A stretch of DNA of 63,573 nt, the filler included, from Phoronis australis (Eukaryota > Animalia > Phoronida): assembly GCA_002633005.1 (NCBI GenBank). It is 8 parts of 8 records of this genome, joined end to end, with 100 filler letters (N's around TTAATTAATTAA, not from the genome) between each part and the next. Parts side by side here need not be neighbours in the genome. Positions count along the whole stretch, not along the records: positions 37,466 to 49,321 come from NMRA01000641.1; positions 49,422 to 53,760 come from NMRA01001880.1; 6 more parts are not named here. The stretch is one strand, 5' to 3'. The notes under the pieces are model-generated. The model was not told the origin of the DNA, made no database searches, and saw only the letters and a list, made by a program, of their open reading frames with translations. Shown one piece after another: positions 39,594 through 51,838 of the stretch (position 1 is its first letter; every line of letters begins with the position of its first letter). Position numbers and translations under genes: made by a program.

Positions 39594-41179
39594 TATTCTA
39601 AGTTAAGTCCAACCCCTTCCCCTTGTCATCATGGTGAAACAAACACGGAAAACATTTTCCTCTAATGGACCTATTTATTGAAAATCGCATACCGGCCTAT
39701 GATGTAAAAATTTGTCATTGGTACACATCGGCTGTAGACCAAGGGAATTCTGTGTGCATGTACCTTGTGAACGTACATTGTCCGCAGATGAGGTAACAAG
39801 TTTTGAAATTCAGCAAGATTCCAAGTTCAACCACAACAAAAACATGGCCACATTGCACTAATCTAGCTGAGAAATAAACCCAGTGGGTTTATTTCTGCAG
39901 GGTGGTTACATTCTAAGTCTCCTAACTCAAAGCTACACAAGATACGTACTTCACTCAACTGCATGTCTTGTTTGGTAACAGCTGGGCTGTTTTGCAACAA
40001 AAAAAAACTTTTGCTTCAACTTGAAGCTCATGATTCCAGGGACATAATTTGTATTCAATATTAGGCAGCCGGTAGGCATCACCATGGATGCCGCAGGCAT
40101 ACAGGGGCGGTGAGTACATCCCATAAACAGTTACGAATTTCAAAATACAGGAAATAAAATTAAACGAAATATGTATATATGCACATGGAGTTATAATTAG
40201 CACATACCATCAATCTGGAGAAGATTCAGTCAAGATAATTTGAAGAAATCGGTGAAAATCTGTCGCGGTTTGCTCAACTTTTTCTTGGGTGCCATTTTGA
40301 GGAAGTTAGTGAAATCACTCATGCTGGCGAATAAAAAGTCCAAGGGACACAAATCTTACAACTTTAACCTGATACCTCCCCACGCTTTTTTGCGTCACGC
40401 GCTTCGCTCAGTCTCGCGCTATAGCCTGCCTACTTTTGCCAGTTATCGCGTGCATGGTGAAAAAGTTANTATTCTAAGTTAACTCCAACCCCTTCCCTTT
40501 GTCATCATGGTGGCACAAACACGGAAAACATTTTCCTCTAATGGAACTATTTATTGAAAATCGCATACCGGCCTATGATGTAAAAATTTGTCAGTGGTAC
40601 ACATCGGCTGTAGACCAAGGGAATTTTGTGTGCACGTACCTTGTGAACGTACATTGTCCGCAGATGAGGTAACAAGTTTTTAAATTCAGCAAGATTCCAA
40701 GTTCAACCAAAACAAAAACATGGCCACGTTGCACTAATCTAGCTGGGTTTATTTCTGCAGGATGGTTACATTCGAAGTCTCCTAACTCAAAGCTACACAA
40801 GATACGTACTTCACTCAACTGCATGTCTTGTTTGGTAACAGCTGGGCTGTTTTGCAACAAAAAAAAACTTTTGCTTCAACTTGAAGCTCATGATTCCAGG
40901 GTCATAATTTGTATTCAATATTAGGCAGCCGGTAGGCATCACCCTGGATGCCGTATACAGGGGCGGTGAGTACATCACATAAACAGTTACGAATTTCAAA
41001 ATACAGGAAATAAAACTAAACGAAATATGCATATATGCACATGGAGTTATAATTAGCACATACCATCAATCTGGAGAAGATTCAGTCAAGATAGTTTGAA
41101 GAAATCGGTGAAAATCTGTCGCGGTTTGCTCGACTTTTTCTTGGGTGCCATTTTGAGGAAGTTAGTGAAATCACTCATG
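39594..41179 (+). repeat. ~720-bp near-identical duplication across a single N (39594-40323 / 40470-41179)
   Basis: The two copies differ by SNPs and small indels; the junction is at N40469. Probably two haplotypes. Confidence 0.85.
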
Positions 41180-44100
41180 TTGGAATTCTTCGCCAAAGTC
41201 ACCTTAATTCTCGTAACTAAGCTTCATCGAAGATATGTGTAAAAGTATAAAGAACCACTGAAGAAAGTAAGCTCTTTTTTAAATGATAGGCGTGAAATGT
41301 GTGAAATGTATTTTTGACCAGGTGAAAACTCCAAATCAGTGGCCGGATTTGGCCTACCACCCGTTAAAAATATATGGGACGAAATTCGTACAGAAAGTGA
41401 TGGGAAGTATTGCAGCTATTTCAGCCTGTAACCGGTCAACCGAGGGGCTATGTGTTGCCTAGGCAGATGGTAGCCCCTAATTACTAGTGTGCCCCACTGG
41501 AGCTGCGTCGCAGGTAAATCGGTGGAGTTGCCCAATCTTGACCAGTGAGGGTGTCCGTAATGTTGGGTATTCTATTCATGCTGTTTTCGATAAATTTTTG
41601 TCTGGATATTTCTGATCTTTCAGTATGATCATAGCGATCTCTTATCTACAAGTTATTTCAAAGTTTTAGAATAAGGTAANTGTCCGTAATGTTGGGTATT
41701 CTATTCATGCTGTTTTCGATAAATTCTTGTTTGGATATTTCTGATCTTTCAGTATGGTCATAGCGATCTCTTATCTACAAGTTATTTCAAAGTTTTAGAA
41801 TAAGGTAATGAACTTTCCTAAATATAATAAAACTGGAGGTGATCAAAAACTAGCCATAACGTAACCAATTTATCAGTTCTAAAAATCGCAATGACTTAAC
41901 TTTCAGCATAAAAGAGGGAGTCCACTAGAATTTATTGTCATGTCAATGTACTGACCTACGAATTGTTCTAAGTGCATGTCACATTCTAGCTGCTCACTCT
42001 GTCGTGGTCAACCTAACAACTGCCAGGGCTGGGAAACATCAATCTGTAGAGAACTTTCACCTCTACTCAGACATTTGCATCCAAAAAGAAAAAGAAAAAG
42101 AAAGGATTACTTTAGTTTAGATATGGGTTTGTTTCGAATTTTTTTTAAAAAGTTGTCTTTAGTCAAAAGCCCACATTTGATGATAAAAAGTAAGATATTT
42201 GGCATGCTACTGTCAAAGAAACTGGATTTTGTATCTTTTCTATATATCAAAACCAAAAGAATGTAATTTGTTGGAGATTGGGTGCTACAACAAAGTTATA
42301 TTATCCCAATAAGCACAATTGAAGAAAAATGGAGTAATTGACTAAGGGCAACCTTCAATTTAACATAGGCAAAAGCTAGTGTGTGTTGTTCTAAGTATCT
42401 TTTTATGGTTTCCCATGCCAAATGATGTTTTGTGGATTTCGCAAGCTTTTGTTTAACTTCCGGGATCCATGCCATGGGTGTAATACAGCTGACTGGTAAA
42501 TGATAAAACTTGCATGGAAATGCTTCTACATAATTCCTCACGTAGCTGTTCCCGTCCCTAAATTCACTGAAAAGTTCAATTTGTCTCGAGATTCAGCAAA
42601 GTTGTGCATTGAACCACAACAAGAAATGAGGCCACCTGCATGCTGCACTGTATTTATAAAAAATACTATCGTGCATTGTTTGTTTGATCAACAGTGTCAT
42701 TAACAAATTAAGCTATATCAGAAATACTTTGTTGAATTGTGACAGAAATTGCAGGGAATTTGAGCAAAAGTAACATAACCGGAATGTTGATTGTCAAAAA
42801 GTCCTGCAAAGCTAGGGGGAATTACATTAGAAAATCAACGATTTAATCAGCTTATGGAAACTAAGGTATAATGGCATACTACACACAATATTTCTTTATT
42901 AAGCACTCTCAGACTAGGTCATCACAAACTTTTGGATGATATGCTTCACCCAAGTGTCACATTGCTTTCGTATTTCATGCTTCAATGTCACATTGGCTAA
43001 GGGGCAAGTTTTACTCAAAAACTGATCTAGGTGCATTTCCCACCTCAATGATCAGCTTATCCTAGGCCATCAGCTGTAGCTAAGTTCAAACCAGCTAAAG
43101 CTCTTTTCATTGATGTAAATGTTATGTAATCAGTACCCTACACAAAGATCTTCCTCTGCAGTGTAGGCTTGTTATCAGATCAGGTTATGTAATGTAGAGC
43201 AACTTAGCACAGGGAAGCTGTGAGTGTGATTTGTAGGTTTCTGAAAGTATAGGGCCATGACACTGTTGGTAGAGAGAAAGTGAGGTGGTTTTGGACAACT
43301 GAATGTTGAATATTTCACTTTTTTCTGCAAAATTCATCAATTTTCGTATCTCTCCAGGAGTTTGATTTTGGGGGGGCAGGTCTCAGGAATCACCTCATGT
43401 GCGTGCCCAGCCTAAAATGTAGGGATATAGGGGGACTCGAATTTTTGTGTTTGTGGACCTTATTACTTAAAAAATGGGATTAGTTCAAGGCCCTCCTGGC
43501 TGCCCGCATATGCTTGTACACAATTCGCACCTCGAACTGCCAAATGAAATGTGGGAGAATTTCAGGGGGGGGGGCACATTTCCCCCCCCTAAATCCACCA
43601 CTGTTCTCAACAGTATGAGGGAAACTCTCCAATGTAGCCAAATATCTTAAAACAATTAGGTCATGAACATTCCCATTAAATGAGGTTATGTCAAGGGGTA
43701 CTGATCAGGGAAAACAGTGGGCCCAGGTTCAACAGATTGAACTAGAGGGTATTTATCCACCTTGAATGTGTTGCACTGGCTGGGTTGAGGATCAAAGGAT
43801 CCCTCCTAGCTGCTCTATTCATCCAGTCAGATTTGAGGATAATTGGCTTCACTCATGGGAATACCATATCAGCTGTTAACAATCTAGCCTAGATGACCAT
43901 CCTTTATATGGAGAGCACTTTGTGTAGTTTTTGATGCATCATTTGAAAAGATGAGTGAAAAAAAAAATTTTCAAATCAGCCTAGAAGAATGATTTTGCAA
44001 CACAGCAACACTCACGATTACGTTTATTCGCCACAAAAATATAGGACCCAAGTTAGGATAGTATAAATGTAGACCTACTCGGTGTATTATTTAGATTTCG

Positions 44101-45160
44101 AGCATAACCTAAACATTTTCTCGGTGATCTTAAAGTCAAAATGCGACCTGGCGATTTTTATAACATCGAGCCCTGCAGGAACACAATAAAATAAATTTGT
44201 ATTTTGACATTAGTCTTCATATAGCTACCTGGGTGACTTAGGTACCACTGTGTATCTCCGTTAGACCCCGGAATTTCACACAGCCTCGGTAATTCNCCGT
44301 TAGACCCCGGAATTTCACACAGCCTCGGTAATTCGCTTGTGACACACGCACGTGCTATTTATTAATTTGCGAATCTCTCACAATATGATGACAGCTTCGC
44401 AGCAGCAAATTTTGTTCTAAAATTCAGTTTCCTGGTATTAAAATACAGAAAACTTGTAACGAAATAACACCAGTTCCGATAAATTGTTGTAACATGTACT
44501 CAACCTTGTGAGAGAACAGTGGATTGAGGAATCGGTAAATAAAGAAACTGGCCAATAGGTGATGCAATATTTTATGGCACCAAAAGCCAAGCAAAAGATC
44601 GCATCACAATTTTAGCTGCAGAATAATGGTAGAACAACGCCAATTTTTCTAATTAATTAAGTTTACTCCAGTAAGAGTGTCGTTTTTAGTGACTAATTTT
44701 CTGTAACATTTTTGGTTATTTTTTACCTACATCGCTGTAAAGCTGTTTACTTAGTATACAACTTTGCACCAAGGCTTGGTGATACTGCGATATATTTTTG
44801 TTGCTCATACAGATTGTTGCTAATTTTTGCTTGTTTTCATAACCTATGAGGATAGTGGAAATAACAATGTTGCAATTTGAATTTTAATGTTTGCTTAATT
44901 CAGAAAATCAGAGGTCAGTACACCTTGACTTTTTGAAAAGCTTAAAGTCCCTATAAAATGAGCCAACTGCCTTTTAGATATGTTAAATACATGTACTTAT
45001 GTGCAACATATCTTTGTTTTGGTTCATTTCACACAACCACTAACTAATTACTACGCATTTTGTGCCCCCCATATTATGTGCCTCCATCAGAAACCCCTTT
45101 TATTCTCTCGACGAATCACAGTAGACTGGCCTATTGACATCATCGTTGAGAAGCGAGCAN

Positions 45161-45251
45161 TGGGAACAATGATCAGGTGAGGAGACGGAATGTTCTTGTA
45201 GTGTTTCATGTAACCCAGCATAGAGATGGTCTGCAGCGTCTTACCAAGACC
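45161..45251 (-). CDS. SMARCA5: SMARCA5/ISWI ATPase exon (Walker A), truncated at N45160
   Basis: ttcag|GGT; [30 protein letters not shown] is SNF2 motif I/Ia of ISWI. Confidence 0.93.
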
Positions 45252-45685
45252 CTGAAACCCAAATCATATTAAATGTTAATTCAAAAAACAAATGTTCAGA
45301 AACAAATGGAAACACTATTAATATTGAATACCATCAAATAAACAGTATTTATGATATGGCCAAACACTGTAATTATACACCTTTCAGATGAGTAGCAATC
45401 ACCTCATTCACATTTAAGGTCCCAACAGCAATGCTGTTATGGTGTCTGAGTCACATTGAACAGACAATTGAGACCAGAGACAGTCAAATCTAACCTTCCT
45501 ACTTCAACTTGTGCTCACTTGAGCAACTGATGCCAGAACAGATAAAGAAACAGATAAGTCCTCAACAATAAACCATCCTCTGTGATCTACTGTCATTCTC
45601 ATGTTCATAAGACCTCGTGCAGTGAGCGAGTCCAGTAACCAAGACTGTATACACATGTATCGGTACAAGAACTTTGGTTGCCTGG

Positions 45686-47036
45686 AATAAACCATTACCA
45701 TTTCATCTGCCAGAATTCCATTGATTCCATGGTCATACAGTGAGATAAGCCAGTTCGATAAACCATTACCATTTCATCTGCCAGAATTCCATTGATTCCA
45801 TGCTCATACAGTGAGATAAGCCAGTTCAATAAACCATTACCATTTCATCTGCCAGAATTCCATTGATTCCATGCTCATACAGTGAGATAAGCCAGTTCAA
45901 TAAACCATTACCATTTCATCTGCCAGAATTCCATTGATTCCATGCTCATACAGTGAGATAAGCCAGTTCAATAAACCATTACCATTTCATCTGCCAGAAT
46001 TCCATTGATTCCATGCTCATACAGTGAGATAAGCCAGTTCAATAAACCATTACCATTTCATCTGCCAGAATTCCATTGATTCCATGCTCATACAGTGAGA
46101 TAAGCCAGTTCAATAAACCATTACCATTTCATCTGCCAGAATTCCATTGATTCCATGCTCATACAGTGAGATAAGCCAGTTCAATAAACCATTACCATTT
46201 CATCTGCCAGAATTCCATTGATTCCATGCTCATACAGTGAGATAAGCCAGTTCAATAAACCATTACCATTTCATCTGCCAGAATTCCATTGATTCCATGC
46301 TCATACAGTGAGATAAGCCAGTTCAATAAACCATTACCATTTCATCTGCCAGAATTCCATTGATTCCATGCTCATACAGTGAGATAAGCCAGTTCAATAA
46401 ACCATTACCATTTCATCTGCCAGAATTCCATTGATTCCATGCTCATACAGTGAGATAAGCCAGTTCAATAAACCATTACCATTTCATCTGCCAGAATTCC
46501 ATTGATTCCATGCTCATACAGTGAGATAAGCCAGTTCAATAAACCATTACCATTTCATCTGCCAGAATTCCATTGATTCCATGCTCATACAGTGAGATAA
46601 GCCAGTTCAATAAACCATTACCATTTCATCTGCCAGAATTCCATTGATTCCATGCTCATACAGTGAGATAAGCCAGTTCAATAAACCATTACCATTTCAT
46701 CTGCCAGAATTCCATTGATTCCATGCTCATACAGTGAGATAAGCCAGTTCAATAAACCATTACCATTTCATCTGCCAGAATTCCATTGATTCCATGCTCA
46801 TACAGTGAGATAAGCCAGTTCAATAAACCATTACCATTTCATCTGCCAGAATTCCATTGATTCCATGCTCATACAGTGAGATAAGCCAGTTCAATAAACC
46901 ATTACCATTTCATCTGCCAGAATTCCATTGATTCCATGCTCATACAGTGAGATAAGCCAGTTCAATAAACCATTACCATTTCATCTGCCAGAATTCCATT
47001 GATTCCATGCTCATACAGTGAGATAAGCCAGTTCAA
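45686..47036 (-). repeat. 19 x 71-bp tandem array made of the SMARCA5 exon 3' end plus splice donor
   Basis: Period 71 (45691 to 46969 = 18 periods). Minus-strand unit: TTGAACTGGCTTATCTCACTGTATGAGCATGGAATCAATGGAATTCTGGCAGATGAAATG|GTAATGGTTTA. Confidence 0.97.
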
Positions 47037-47077
47037 GCCGCGCACTTGGTAGTCACGCATTTCTCCACTTTTAACAT
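46977..47077 (-). CDS. SMARCA5: SMARCA5/ISWI exon (Q-motif to ADEM)
   Basis: ttttacag|AT...ATG|GTAATG, 101 nt, phase 1->0; (Y)[33 protein letters not shown]. Confidence 0.96.
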
Positions 47078-47715
47078 CTGTAAAAATTAGACGCAGGCAA
47101 ATCAGACTTCACTGAATGAAATTAAAGAGTTCCTAGTGTTAAATAAGCCTATTTGCTTCATAAGCCTATTTGCTTGTCCAAAGTAACACTCTGATAATAC
47201 ATATGAGTTGAAATTAGCTACAATAAATCGACTGCAATTCTCCGTAAAAGCTGTACTGTCTTGGCAAATGAAATTAACCTACAAAGAAAAGCAAACTTAA
47301 TGAGGTTCTAGAGTAATAATGACCTTCCAGTCCTTCTCACAGTCAGGCCAACGTGACGCTGTCTACAGGCAGAATGAAGACCTTCATTCTCAGGGCATGT
47401 AAATTGGTAGATAAGTTTCCTATCGTTTGTTCTTTTAGCGAAGTCGCTCGGGGAACTACTGCACAGATGCAATCCGCACTCAAGGAGTATTTTTAGAAAG
47501 TAATGAAATACAGGAAGAAGTTATCCAACAACGAATGTTGTATTGTTTTTAACGCACTCTGTACGAGGGAGCACTTATGCCGAGTTATACTGCATTATAA
47601 TGTCATACCGAAAATGACGAATATTGTATCGAATGAGCATGCTTACAAGAGGGTGAATGTTCAAATCTGAAGCCAACATATGAGATTTACCAGATTTAAC
47701 AGCCAAGGAACTTAC

Positions 47716-47816
47716 AAGAGGGTGACTGTTCAAATCTGAAGCCAACATTCTGAGATTTACGACTTTCTGACAACAGCTCTTCATCTTCCTCCTGTTCAGT
47801 GCGACGATGACGATGA
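47716..47816 (-). CDS. SMARCA5: SMARCA5/ISWI exon
   Basis: gttacag|T...T|GTAAGT, 101 nt, phase 2->1; (D)[33 protein letters not shown](Y). Confidence 0.95.
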
Positions 47817-47902
47817 CTGTAACAAAACAAGTTTTGATAATACACAACAACTGTCACAAGCTTAAAGAACTTCTACTTATGCTGAAAATGCCAATACATT
47901 CC

Positions 47903-47983
47903 CCAGATCCTGAGGACGCAACACCATATTCCCTAGACCCTGAGGAAGCAACCCAACCTTCACCAGATCCTGAGGATGCAACA
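47903..47983. repeat. ~30-bp minisatellite x3
   Basis: CCAGATCCTGAGGA.GCAAC units. Confidence 0.85.
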
Positions 47984-48110
47984 CAACATAAACCAATCAT
48001 AGCATTAGTCCAGTACGAAGTTTGACATTATAATGAATGTTTTGACAATCAGGTGAATGCTGAAAATATTTTGGTAATAATAATTGAGTGTAATGATGTA
48101 TCTAGTTAAA

Positions 48111-48312
48111 TTCAGGGGGTAGCAGGGTTATTCAGTGGGTAGCACGGTTATTCAGTGGGTAGCACGGTTATTCAGTGTGTAGCACGGTTATTCAGTGGGT
48201 AGCACGGTTATTCAGTGGGTAGCACGGTTATTCAGTGGGTAGCACGGTTATTCAGGGGGTAGCACGGTTATTCAGGGGGTAGCACGGTTATTCAGGGGGT
48301 AGCACGGTTATT
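48111..48312. repeat. 20-bp minisatellite x10
   Basis: TTCAG(T/G)GGGTAGCACGGTTA units. Confidence 0.97.
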
Positions 48313-48368
48313 GTTTTCTTGTTTAACCACAGGTCAACAAGAGTGTCCTGCTATGAGCACAAACTTAC

Positions 48369-48550
48369 TCTCCTGCAGCGGCAAGTTTTGTCTTCTCATC
48401 CATTCTCTTAGTACGCGGACGTCCTGGCTTCATTTTCAGTGGACTGGTCGGGGACTTGCCTGGACTGAGTCCAGCTCCAGTAGACATAAAGTGAGCAAAC
48501 AGCTCAGTCTGTTCCAGAAGAAAGTCAAAGCGATTCCCTCGGTCGCTTTC
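48369..48550 (-). CDS. SMARCA5: SMARCA5/ISWI exon (N-terminal DBINO-like region)
   Basis: ttttctag|GAA...GA|GTAAGT, 182 nt, phase 0->2; [60 protein letters not shown](D). Confidence 0.95.
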
Positions 48551-48894
48551 CTAGAAAATTGATATCGCAATGAAAAATGGTGCTTCAGGCACAATTTTAC
48601 TGTAACTTTGTTTGGTCTATAAATTCTGTTGATCATATTCATGTATCACATGGTAGTACATTTTCTCTAACAAACTGCCTGGACATTTCACTAATAGCGT
48701 TCTTGACAACACTTTTTCTCTTAAAAATTAGAGTTCCCTTTTGCACCAATAAATACAAACAAGGCAACAGGGTTTGACTTAACAACCGCTAGTTCAAGAA
48801 TTTTGACCTCGATTTTATAATTTCGAATTCAGTTAGCCTGGATTCTAAAACATAACAACCTGGGAAACAAACAGCTTACTTAACTCAAATGGTG

Positions 48895-49321
48895 CAGATA
48901 TTCATTTTTAAAGATCTTCATTTTTTTGCATATCTTAAATTTTTGCATACCTTATTTTTTGCAGATCTTCATTTGTTGTATACCTTCATTTTTGCATACC
49001 TTCATTTTTTACAGACTTTCATGAGTTGTAAATGAATTACAATTTTGAGAGCATTGACAAATGAATTACAATTTTGAGAGCATTGACAAATGAATTACAA
49101 TTTTGAGAGCATTGACAAGTTTCAGAGACCTAGTGGCTGCCTACAAACTTTTCTGAGATACAAAGCAAACCCAGTTATTAGTAGTAAGAATCTCGCCCTT
49201 CTACAAAGCAAACCCAGTTATTAGTAGTAAGAATCTCGCCCTTCTACAAAGCAAACCCAGTTATTAGTAGTAAGAATCTCGCCCTTCTACAAAGCAAACC
49301 CAGTTATTAGTAGTAAGAATC
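48895..49321. repeat. Cluster of minisatellites (~17-bp, 29-bp and 43-bp units)
   Basis: TTCATTTTTGCATACC-like units; AAATGAATTACAATTTTGAGAGCATTGAC x2+; TACAAAGCAAACCCAGTTATTAGTAGTAAGAATCTCGCCCTTC x3+ running into the linker. Confidence 0.92.
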
Positions 49322-50317
49322 NNNNNNNNNNNNNNNNNNNNNNNNNNNNNNNNNNNNNNNNNNNNTTAATTAATTAANNNNNNNNNNNNNNNNNNNNNNN
49401 NNNNNNNNNNNNNNNNNNNNNTAGGCTCCTACATAACAGCGCACAACGTATGCCAATGTAGAATCAGAGAGGACTGCTATTAAACATTCAAAAGAAAGGC
49501 GAGAACATCGCATTGAACCAATTAAGCAAGTCCATGATTGCAGACAATCACTCATTGTTAAACATTTTTGTTAAAAAAGATGTTCAATTTGTACTTAATA
49601 GTGACTTGAATGTGGTGTAAATATTGACTTTGTTTCTTTTCCTTACAACAACGAGCTTGGCAAATTTTTGTATAGACTGACACCTCATGCTAAATCTGAC
49701 TGCCACCAGAGAGACTGTCCATTGTTCCAAGGAGCAAATTACACCCATAAACATTTGGTTAAAATGCATTATGGACAATGTGTCAAACACGTGGTCTCCC
49801 ACTAGAATGTTCCTGTTGATACAGACCACTAAACAATTGTATGCAATTAATTTGCACAACAGGAGACCAAAATGTTCTTTTCAGAAATCTGGCATAAAGA
49901 GGGATGCATCGTTTAGTTTCAGTGTCAAAATTTGTTAAAGCTTTCGTTTACATCCATACACTTTCTGTTGTTAAAGTTCTTCCAAATTCTTCTTTACTCA
50001 GTGGAGTAATTTCGGTACTAAGAAATAGAATAGAATAGTTTGTTATTGTTTGAGACAATGCTCGATGCATAAAATGACACGCTGTGACAAGTCAATTAAG
50101 CTTGGTCTCACACAATAACAAACCATCAGTGCTTCCCATGTCTAGAAATCATGTGTAACCGGAGAAAGGCACAGTGTGAAACAAGCCTTAAAATCATGAG
50201 CTGTCTAAAACCAAAAGTTAATTTTTGACGAACTGTCATTCATAGCAGCTTTAATGATTTTACAGGTTGTACATTGGACTGCAGACTGTCCCAGTTATCA
50301 TGAGATTATCATCCTAC

Positions 50318-50374
50318 CTTCCCCGGCCATATGTTTTGCCAACTTGTCATCAAGCATCTTGCATAAAGTGTCAC
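50318..50374 (-). CDS. MUS81: MUS81 coding exon 3
   Basis: ttttag|GT...G|GTAGGA, 57 nt; (G)DTLCKMLDDKLAKHMAGE resembles MUS81 GDGLCRMLDERLQRH. Confidence 0.9.
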
Positions 50375-50851
50375 CTAAAATTGCAAATTCAACACTTAAT
50401 GAAATAACAATAAGTATGCACATGCAATAAAATGAACCGAACCAAACTTACGTTGTGCCCAAAGTGTATTCCAAAGTGACCACAAATTGCCTTGCCTGAG
50501 AATTTGAGAATCAAAGCAATACATAAACAATTGAACTTGAAGTCTTCTAGCACTCAGCTGCTATTTTGTGAAAACTAAATTTCGCTAACCAAACTTACAA
50601 CCAGTAGGTCAAGAATTCTGAAATCAAGCACGTTACCACGGAGCACAGAGGTTCGAGTGCAAATGTCCCTCTTAGAAACACAATATATTAACAGAGCAAA
50701 GTTGTGTCAGCAACAGTTTGTTATCCAGGCAATTTCAAAATAGTGCAACGTTCACTAGACCACTTTGTTCTATGACAGCTACCCATTAAAATGCAATCAT
50801 GGTGTCAAGATAGAATCAGTTATATAAGCCAGTTGGAAAAATGTCTGTTAC

Positions 50852-50924
50852 CAAAGAATTCCAAAATTTTGCAATCTTTCCCAGTTTTGAGAGGTAGTGG
50901 AAACTTCTGGAGACTCTTCAATGC
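50852..50924 (-). CDS. MUS81: MUS81 coding exon 2 (N-terminal HhH)
   Basis: gttgcag|GCA...G|GTAACA, 73 nt; ALKSLQKFPLPLKTGKDCKILEFF(G). Confidence 0.93.
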
Positions 50925-51682
50925 CTGCAACATAAAACATGATATCTGAGGTTATTTAAATATCTGGTGCCAAGACAACCAGTCTTGTTTTGCGGTTCTA
51001 AGAAATCAAGAAGCATGAATGGTCGTTAGTGTCCAAATAAACAGAACTTTTAACTTTTCAAGGTGACTTAAGCTTTTTGGTTTCTTGATTGCAGAAAATT
51101 AAAAGAATTCTAATCATATCCATTCAAGCTAATACTCACATTTGTCTAAAGACACAACCTTAAATTAAAAAAAAATCATTTTGAGAGACCAATGAGTCAT
51201 GTTTTGTTGCATTTGACCAGACATAAGCGTAGTCATTTTTTCTTTGTTATTGTGAACTCGTCTCGTTTATGTTTTCAATGAAAAATGGCTAACAGTTTAT
51301 GTTTTCAATGAAAAAAGGCTAATAGTACCCTTACAATTTTGTAAGTGAATGAAGGAGCCTGTTGCAAAGAATTCATAACTGTCAGAGCATATGCTCCAGT
51401 TGGAAGGATTAAAAGACATCAGTGGCTTCCAAAGGTGTCCATCTACACTCAAACGATTCTGGCATTTATGTCAACAAAATATTGATGGTTTAGCCAAGAC
51501 ACAATTTGTCAAAAATCTTCAGGTGTACATGGAGCCTGTGGCATGGCCACCAAATGAACCAGCTTTGATGGCCCAGTTCAGAAAGTAAGCACTATCTATG
51601 GGGTATGCCATGTTATCAACAGAATGTGCAGCTGCAGCGAACAATATTTTCCTCTGTGTAAACAGTGTCAGGTGAGTCTTAC

Positions 51683-51838
51683 CTTAGCATAAGTAAATTG
51701 CATCCTTGTGCCTTTTGTCTCCGCCTCCTGCTTCCATTCTGACAACCATTGCACAAATAGGGGGTTTGGACAGGCTTCGATTTTTTTCTTGCGTTTTCCA
51801 ACTCCAGTACTTTGTGACTGACTAGCCCGTTTACTCAT
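51683..51838 (-). CDS. MUS81: MUS81 coding exon 1
   Basis: ATG at 51838, donor AAG|GTAAGA; MSKRASQSQSTGVGKRKKKIEACPNPLFVQWLSEWKQEAETKGTRMQFTYAK (CPNPLF..WL.EW signature). Confidence 0.94.

Noticed and set aside
45686-47036. CRISPR-like regular array
   Set aside because: The units are contiguous and identical with no unique spacers, there are no cas genes, and the unit is eukaryotic exon/intron sequence.
49584-50017. Further MUS81 exons
   Set aside because: Candidate acceptors give a stop or an unrecognisable peptide in the required phase 1.
50452-50495. 44-nt AG/GT-bounded segment inside a MUS81 intron
   Set aside because: Exons 2 and 3 already join in frame and match MUS81; including this segment would shift the frame.
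45161-51838. SMARCA5-MUS81 chromatin/repair gene cluster or fusion
   Set aside because: The two genes are separated by the artificial linker at 49322-49421 and lie on different contigs.
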